Shown here one piece after another: positions 58,631 to 64,000 of a DNA stretch of 64,000 nt. Every line of letters starts with the position of its first letter. Within the stretch, counting starts at the first letter, position 1. The stretch is from assembly GCA_963717525.1 (NCBI GenBank), contig OY970343.1:192001-256000 (forward strand), in the 5' to 3' direction. The DNA comes from an uncultured Methanoregulaceae archaeon (lineage in GTDB: Archaea; Halobacteriota; Methanomicrobia; Methanomicrobiales; Methanospirillaceae). The notes under the pieces were generated by a model. That model had not been told where the DNA came from, ran no database searches, and saw nothing but the letters and a program-made list of their open reading frames with translations. The translations under genes were made by a program, and so were the position numbers.

Positions 58631-58918
58631 CCTGTTTCACCACGTTTTCATTCTCCATTCTCCATTATAAATGAACTTCCTCTGCCTGATATGATTCAAT
58701 CAGTGGTTTGAGGATCATGCTAATCTCTTCTTACACGTTCAAGGCCGGACCGGTCCCGCCCATCCATACGCGGGGGGGTGACCTCCACCTGCACGGGCAA
58801 AGGGGGTGGCGGGTGCTGCCGGTTTCCGGAAAAAGTAGGGAAGGGTGTACCCCCCACCTTCATCCCCCTCCAGCCCCTTCATCGCCCGGGCCGGCCGTCG
58901 GAGACTGGCCCGGGTTAG

Positions 58919-58972
58919 TTAGTTGTACATTTGACTATCAATTGTACATCTGATTATCAGATGTACATCTGA
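58919..58972. repeat. Three tandem 16-bp palindromic units with a 19-bp period, centred on TGTACA
   Basis: TTAGTTGTACATTTGA / TCAATTGTACATCTGA / TCAGATGTACATCTGA; 58943-58967 is a perfect inverted repeat. Confidence 0.85.
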
Positions 58973-59151
58973 CAACCTGGACCCACATCTGCGGTTATGA
59001 AGGGGAGGGGGGAGGTCTACCCCCCTTTTCATCAGGGACAGCCCTGCATGCTTCTCCCCTCCCGGTCGGTATGACCGCTCAACCCCGTTCTTCATCGTAT
59101 CAGAATAGTTTATGACCGTTCAACATGGATTAAATAAGGAGGATTTTAGGA

Positions 59152-59853
59152 ATGGGCACAAAAAAAAAGGCAGAGAAATCGAAGAAGTTATGGATAAAAG
59201 TACTTGCAGTCGTTGCCGGTATATTTTTTGCTGCAGTTATGGTGTTGTCAGCGATGGGATCAAGCTGGATCACCTCATTTGCCGTGATCAAGCCCGGTGA
59301 TGTGGCGGTCGTGGATTACACCCTGCGGGATGCGCAGGGAACCCCGATTATGACCTCAAACCAGCAGTTATACACGCAGCTCGCCAGCCAGGGCTCCGGG
59401 GTCCTGTACTCCAAGCAACTGACGATCACGGCAAACCAGTCCCTTGCCACCGGGGTATTCCCTGTACAGTTCTATACCTCGTCAACCGGCTGGTCGACCC
59501 AGAACCAGTTCGCCCTGTTTTCCACTGAATACAATGCTATCAGCTCGGGTATCGTGGGTCTTAAGGCCAACAGCCAGAAAACGATCTCCCTGTCAACAGC
59601 CAAACCCATGACCCAGTTCTGGTCAGCAGACCAGCTGGCAGCCAGTAACATGAGCCTTTCATCGGTCCAGATTGGCGAGCTCATCGCCCTTGGCGTTTCC
59701 AGCAGCGCCAATGCGGCGCAGGCAAACTCTACTGAGCCAGCCTATGTCAGGATCGGCGAAGTGTCTAACAAGACACCGGATGGCATCACCATCGATTTCT
59801 CCTATCCTAGTGTTGACGTTACCGTTGTATCGATCAACCAGGCATCGAGCTGA
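59152..59853 (+). CDS. Membrane-anchored protein with a degenerate FKBP-like domain
   Basis: N-terminal TM; IKPGDVAVVDYTLRD..G...GIVGLK...ITIDF. Confidence 0.6.
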   Translation: MGTKKKAEKSKKLWIKVLAVVAGIFFAAVMVLSAMGSSWITSFAVIKPGDVAVVDYTLRDAQGTPIMTSNQQLYTQLASQGSGVLYSKQLTITANQSLATGVFPVQFYTSSTGWSTQNQFALFSTEYNAISSGIVGLKANSQKTISLSTAKPMTQFWSADQLAASNMSLSSVQIGELIALGVSSSANAAQANSTEPAYVRIGEVSNKTPDGITIDFSYPSVDVTVVSINQASS

Positions 59854-60037
59854 TCCCCTTTTTTTGATTTTTTCCCGATGCAATGGTGTCGTACCCCGAC
59901 CTCATTACTGCCGGGCTGAGGTATTTACCGGTAAAGGTTTGGAAAGATTACCAGATAAGTGGTGACTCTTGTTGTTTTCCCGTTCCGACCCGCCCCGATT
60001 ACCAATGCCGGGCATCTGGCAGAGCTATAAAAAAGAC

Positions 60038-60613
60038 CTATGACCGGAACCCGTAGATACGCTTGATCCGGTGGGCGATCGTCTTCCAGCCCTCTTTTCT
60101 CATCAGCGGGCCGTCACGCAGCTTGATATGGGAGAGGGTGAACCGTTTCCCGTCGACCACGTACTTCTCGCCGACCACAAACTCATCCTCTCCCTCGCAT
60201 TCCTTATAGAGCGGGATCGTCTTCCTGCCATCATGGACGGAGATCTTCACGACAACACGGTCGATGGTCCTCGTCCAGAGAGTAGTAATCTCTCTGACCT
60301 TCGCACGCGGCAGCCTTTTTCCCCCACACTCGATCGCTGTAACTTCAACACCGTAGGCCTCGTCCCCGCATTCCGCGACCAGATGATCGTCAAGGAAACA
60401 TTCATCTTCAGGGTCAAATTCTATGGTACCGGTCAGGGAAGTTCCTTCACGGGAAACAATCGTCTTTATCACCAGCATTTCAGGTTCCTTCTCCCAAGGG
60501 ATCCGGTGGTGGTGACCGCATGCGGTACACCGGACGAGGCGGTCGCGGGACTCAGAAAGAACCTCGTGCTCGGTCTCTTCCCTGCACTCGGGACACAAAA
60601 CGGTGATAAACAT
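60038..60613 (-). CDS. HVO_0476-family zinc-finger protein
   Basis: CPEC...HEVL...VRCTACGH, TLWTR, IKRIYG. Confidence 0.8.
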   Translation of the reverse strand: MFITVLCPECREETEHEVLSESRDRLVRCTACGHHHRIPWEKEPEMLVIKTIVSREGTSLTGTIEFDPEDECFLDDHLVAECGDEAYGVEVTAIECGGKRLPRAKVREITTLWTRTIDRVVVKISVHDGRKTIPLYKECEGEDEFVVGEKYVVDGKRFTLSHIKLRDGPLMRKEGWKTIAHRIKRIYGFRS

Positions 60614-60646
60614 TGAATATGATTGGCAACCCTCACATGATAAAGC

Positions 60647-61075
60647 ATGGAGGCGCAGGAAATTATCCGGTGCCGGGGGCATCCCCACGTCCTTGGTACC
60701 CACCAGACGACATTTGAGGTGACCCGCGGGGAGCAACTCACCCACAACGGTAACTGTATCATCGGCATCGGTGCCGACAAGGGCTGCGCCGGCCTCTCTG
60801 CTGCCTTCAGAAAAATACTTGCCCACGATGACGCGGTCCTTGTGACGCGGCTTTCTACCGGGGAGGTCGAAATCGAGGTGCGATCCCGCGGATCGGCACA
60901 CCTGACTCTCGATCACCCGGCCGATCTGGTCTGGCGGCGCAGCACGTTTACCTGCGGGAGAACTATCGGCATCTGCTCAAACCAGGTCGCCGCAACGCTG
61001 CCGCGGGAACTGATCGCCCGGCTCCGGAACGGGGACGAGATGACCGTCATCTTGACCGTTACGCGTCCCGGCTGA
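60647..61075 (+). CDS. DUF371 protein
   Basis: GHPHV.GTH.TTFEVT...GNCIIG..ADK...LVWRRS. Confidence 0.85.
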   Translation: MEAQEIIRCRGHPHVLGTHQTTFEVTRGEQLTHNGNCIIGIGADKGCAGLSAAFRKILAHDDAVLVTRLSTGEVEIEVRSRGSAHLTLDHPADLVWRRSTFTCGRTIGICSNQVAATLPRELIARLRNGDEMTVILTVTRPG

Positions 61076-61244
61076 GCGTCGTAATCTTTTCTTCAGCGTC
61101 GGCAAGCAGGGTTTCGCACTGCTTCACGAGCACTGCGCCCTGTTCGTAGAGCTTCATGCTCTCGTCAAGACTCGTGCCGCCGTCCTCGATCTTTGCAATG
61201 ATCTGCCGTAACTGCTCGATCTTTTCTTCATAGGTTTCCGTCAT
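61059..61244 (-). CDS. xseB: Exodeoxyribonuclease VII small subunit
   Basis: TYEE..EQL..II.KIE.G..SLDESMKLYEQG..L...C...L..AE. Confidence 0.92.
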   Translation of the reverse strand: MTETYEEKIEQLRQIIAKIEDGGTSLDESMKLYEQGAVLVKQCETLLADAEEKITTLSRDA

Positions 61245-62502
61245 GCTCCACACGCTCCGCCACGACCCGGCTCCTGCCATCGTAAAACCGCAGGTCCAGC
61301 CGGTCGTCTTTTCTCACGGTATTCACTGATCTCACCACGATACCCTCTTTTTCCGCCACGCAGTACCCCCGGGCGAGCACCGCACGCGGGCTTCTCCCTT
61401 CCAGTGCCGTCTTCATCTCCGCAAGTACGAGGCGGTCGCGTTCGATCCGGGTCGCCAGCGCCCGTTCGAGCCGGTCAGAGAGATCTGCCGTGGCCTGCCT
61501 TTTCTCTCCAATCCTGCGACAGAACCGCTGCGGGCGGAGACGATCCCGGAGATCAGCGACCTCTTTTAGGGCCCCTGATATGCGGGCAAGCAGGGTTGCA
61601 CTCAGCTGGCACCGGAGATCCGCAAGCGCGATCCGGAGATCTTTTCTGTCAGGTACCACCAGCTCGGCCGCCGCAGAGGGGGTGGGCGCCCGCATATCGG
61701 CGGCAAGATCAGCGAGTGTTACATCCACCTCGTGACCGATGGCCGAGACGACCGGAACCGGGCAGGCCACAATTGCCCGCACGACATCGGGATGGTTGAA
61801 GGAAAAGAGATCCTCGAAACTCCCGCCACCCCGGGCAATAATCACCACGTCAACGTGCGCTGCTACACGTTCGATCGCCCGCGCAATATTAACGTGCGCA
61901 TCTTCGCCCTGGACTGCGGTGGGAGATATGACGATCTCTACCGGGAAACGACGGGCAATGACGGTACGGATATCGTGGATGACCGCCCCGGTCTCCGAGG
62001 TGACCACGCCCACCCGTGCGGGAAAGGGCGGCAGCGGGCGTTTGCGCTCCGCGGCAAAACATCCCTCCGCAGCGAGATCCTTTTTCCACCTCTCGACAAG
62101 CAGGTACTTCTCCCCGGCGCCCCCCCGGGTCATCTTTTTGACCTGCAACTGGTAGGCTCCCGCCGGCGGGTACACCCGTACCGAACCGGTGACGACGACC
62201 TCCATGCCGTCCTCCGGCGCAAAGGAAAGCCGGTCCGCATCAGACCGCCACATGACACACCTGATGACCGCCGCCGTGCTCCCGCCGCCTTTCTCAGAGA
62301 GGGAAAAATACCGGTGGCCCCGGCTGTGGTGCTTGTAGTTGGTGACTTCGCCCAGTACCCTGATGTCCTGCAACTGCCGGTCATCAAGAAGGCGTTCGAT
62401 GATACCACTGATCTCCCGGACCGTGAGCGGACTATCCGGTACCACGGGCATTTCCGGCCGTTCCTGCATTTCTGAAGGCTCGGTGCGGTAAAACCAGTCC
62501 AT
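61228..62502 (-). CDS. xseA: Exodeoxyribonuclease VII large subunit
   Basis: GEVTN, GHRYFSL, VVTS.TGAVIHD, ARGGGSFEDL..FN, SAIGHEVD, RAPTPSAAAE. Confidence 0.95.
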   Translation of the reverse strand: MDWFYRTEPSEMQERPEMPVVPDSPLTVREISGIIERLLDDRQLQDIRVLGEVTNYKHHSRGHRYFSLSEKGGGSTAAVIRCVMWRSDADRLSFAPEDGMEVVVTGSVRVYPPAGAYQLQVKKMTRGGAGEKYLLVERWKKDLAAEGCFAAERKRPLPPFPARVGVVTSETGAVIHDIRTVIARRFPVEIVISPTAVQGEDAHVNIARAIERVAAHVDVVIIARGGGSFEDLFSFNHPDVVRAIVACPVPVVSAIGHEVDVTLADLAADMRAPTPSAAAELVVPDRKDLRIALADLRCQLSATLLARISGALKEVADLRDRLRPQRFCRRIGEKRQATADLSDRLERALATRIERDRLVLAEMKTALEGRSPRAVLARGYCVAEKEGIVVRSVNTVRKDDRLDLRFYDGRSRVVAERVEHDGNL

Positions 62503-62545
62503 GAAGGAAATATTATGCATAAAGCGCTTATCAATTAGTATTATC

Positions 62546-63373
62546 ATGACCGCCTATGGTGTTTCGAGCATGTTCTTCCATGAATATACCTCCGGGGAGA
62601 TCTTCTCGAATATTTCAAAAGCGGGCCTTGACGGGATCGAGTACTGGCTGGAAACCCCGCACTTCTGGCTACGCGATCTCCCGTCTGAGGAGGTGATTGC
62701 CTGCCGGAGGGCACACCCGGAGATCTCCACGTTTTCCGTCCATACCCCGGTTCTCGACCTCAATCCCTGTTCCATTAATCCTGATGTCGCGGAAATCTCG
62801 GTTGCTTATGCCGTCCGGTCGCTCGAAATGGCGCAGGCACTCGGGGCCGGCGTCCTCACCGTCCACCCGGGCCGGCGAACAGCAAAACGCCCCCCGGGCG
62901 ATGCGGATCGCGCCCGGTTCGACCACTATATTGCAGCGCTCCGCGAGGCCGCCCTTAAGGATACGGTCACCGTTGCCATCGAGAACATGGAACCTGCCGT
63001 CAATTCCCTCATCTGCACACCCGAGCGGATGAGGGAGGTGCTCGATGCAGAACCGTGGCTCCGGTTCACGCTCGACACCTCCCATGCACTTGCGTCATCT
63101 GAAGGGACCGTGATGGAATATATCGACCTCTGCGGGGACCGGCTCGCGAACGTGCACCTCAGCCGGGCCGGTAACGGCCGGCTCCATCTCCCGCTGGACC
63201 ACAGCCAGGTGATCGCCCGAATCCTTGAATCGCTCCGTGACCACCACTACCGGGGCGCCCTGATGCTTGAGATCGATGACCTCAATTTCCCAAAACCGCT
63301 TCCGGCGGAGGAAAAGTGCGCAATCCTTGCACAAGATCTCTCGTTTATGAGGAAATGCATGGAACCGGACTAA
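62546..63373 (+). CDS. Sugar phosphate isomerase/epimerase (xylose isomerase-like TIM barrel)
   Basis: SVHTP..DLN, TVHPG, AIENM, TLDTSHA, NVHLS, HLP. Confidence 0.85.
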   Translation: MTAYGVSSMFFHEYTSGEIFSNISKAGLDGIEYWLETPHFWLRDLPSEEVIACRRAHPEISTFSVHTPVLDLNPCSINPDVAEISVAYAVRSLEMAQALGAGVLTVHPGRRTAKRPPGDADRARFDHYIAALREAALKDTVTVAIENMEPAVNSLICTPERMREVLDAEPWLRFTLDTSHALASSEGTVMEYIDLCGDRLANVHLSRAGNGRLHLPLDHSQVIARILESLRDHHYRGALMLEIDDLNFPKPLPAEEKCAILAQDLSFMRKCMEPD

Positions 63374-63484
63374 CCCCTGCCTGCCGCCGTCCGTTGGTTT
63401 TATTAAATCTCATCCCCCATATCTGCTCTGGATAACGACTATGAACCAAAGGTGCTGGCGTGCTTGTGCACGGCGTGAAAGAGG

Positions 63485-64000
63485 ATGATTGAGGACTTTT
63501 TTTATCTTCTGCTCTTTATCATCTGCATCCTGCTCTCCGCGTTTTTTTCCAGCTCGGAAGTCGCCCTGATCTCGATCACCCGGGCGAGGGTGCGGACGCT
63601 TGCAAACGACAACAAGCCCGGCGCTGCAGCCCTTGCCACGTTAAAGGAAAATCCTGATCACTTCCTGATTACCATTCTCATCGGGAATACGATCGTCAAC
63701 ATTGCCGCTGCCGCTATCGCCACCGCGATTGCGATCAGCACCTTTGGCAGCATCGGTGTCGGGATCGCCACAGGGGTCGTGGTGATCATCCTGCTGGTCT
63801 TTGGTGAGATCGGCCCGAAGATCTACGCAACCCGTGCCCCGGATACCTTCCCACGGACCATCGCCCCTATCATCCTCTTCCTCTCTCGCATCCTGTCCCC
63901 GGTCATCTGGGTTGTCGAGCGGGTAAGCCCGTCCCTCGGTGTCGGGAAGGATGCCGCCGAACCCGCGGTGACGGAGGATGAGATCAAGGAATGGATTGAC
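63485..64000 (+). CDS. CNNM/DUF21 hemolysin-family membrane protein, truncated by the window end
   Basis: Manual translation LSAFFSSSEVAL...TILIGNTIVNI...FGEIGPK...VTEDEIK. Confidence 0.88.
   Translation, partial: MIEDFFYLLLFIICILLSAFFSSSEVALISITRARVRTLANDNKPGAAALATLKENPDHFLITILIGNTIVNIAAAAIATAIAISTFGSIGVGIATGVVVIILLVFGEIGPKIYATRAPDTFPRTIAPIILFLSRILSPVIWVVERVSPSLGVGKDAAEPAVTEDEIKEWID

Noticed and set aside
58919..58972. CRISPR mini-array
   Set aside because: The 19-bp period leaves only 3-bp gaps, with no spacers and no cas genes; the 31.8-32.1 kb repeats include an inverted copy and irregular spacing
61059..62502. xseAB as a novel bacterial import
   Set aside because: Exonuclease VII is already known in several euryarchaeal lineages and nothing indicates recent transfer

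Overview
Core-chromosome window from a Methanomicrobiales methanogen, Methanoregula-like judging by gene content and order. Housekeeping content: rpl44e-rps27e-aIF2alpha-nop10-PAC2, glnA with an NrpR operator, ferredoxin plus geranylgeranyl reductase, rnhB, pfk, the rpoH-B''-B'-A'-A''-L30e-nusA operon, leuS, PINA, a pst/phoU phosphate block, hisI, SUI1, cobQ, xseAB and three tRNAs (Pro-GGG, Lys-TTT, Arg-TCT). No integrase, transposase or CRISPR array was seen. Main findings: (1) a ~13 kb type IV pilus-type locus (prepilin peptidase, assembly ATPase, two PilC-like proteins) interleaved with MinD, three Roadblock/MglB-like domains, three PATAN/DUF2226-like domains, a double V4R sensor and a REC-PAS protein, which I infer to be a GTPase-less polarity/signalling module; (2) about 14 single-base frameshifts, several in essential genes, that cluster at GTAC and AGCT sites and are best explained as methylation-linked base-calling errors; (3) an unannotated 25-aa hydrophobic peptide gene with a perfect SD and flanking fold-back structure; (4) two non-coding regions with GTAC-centred inverted or tandem repeats, plus a dispersed GC-rich REP/MITE-like repeat. 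All family calls come from recognising motifs by eye; no database searches were run.
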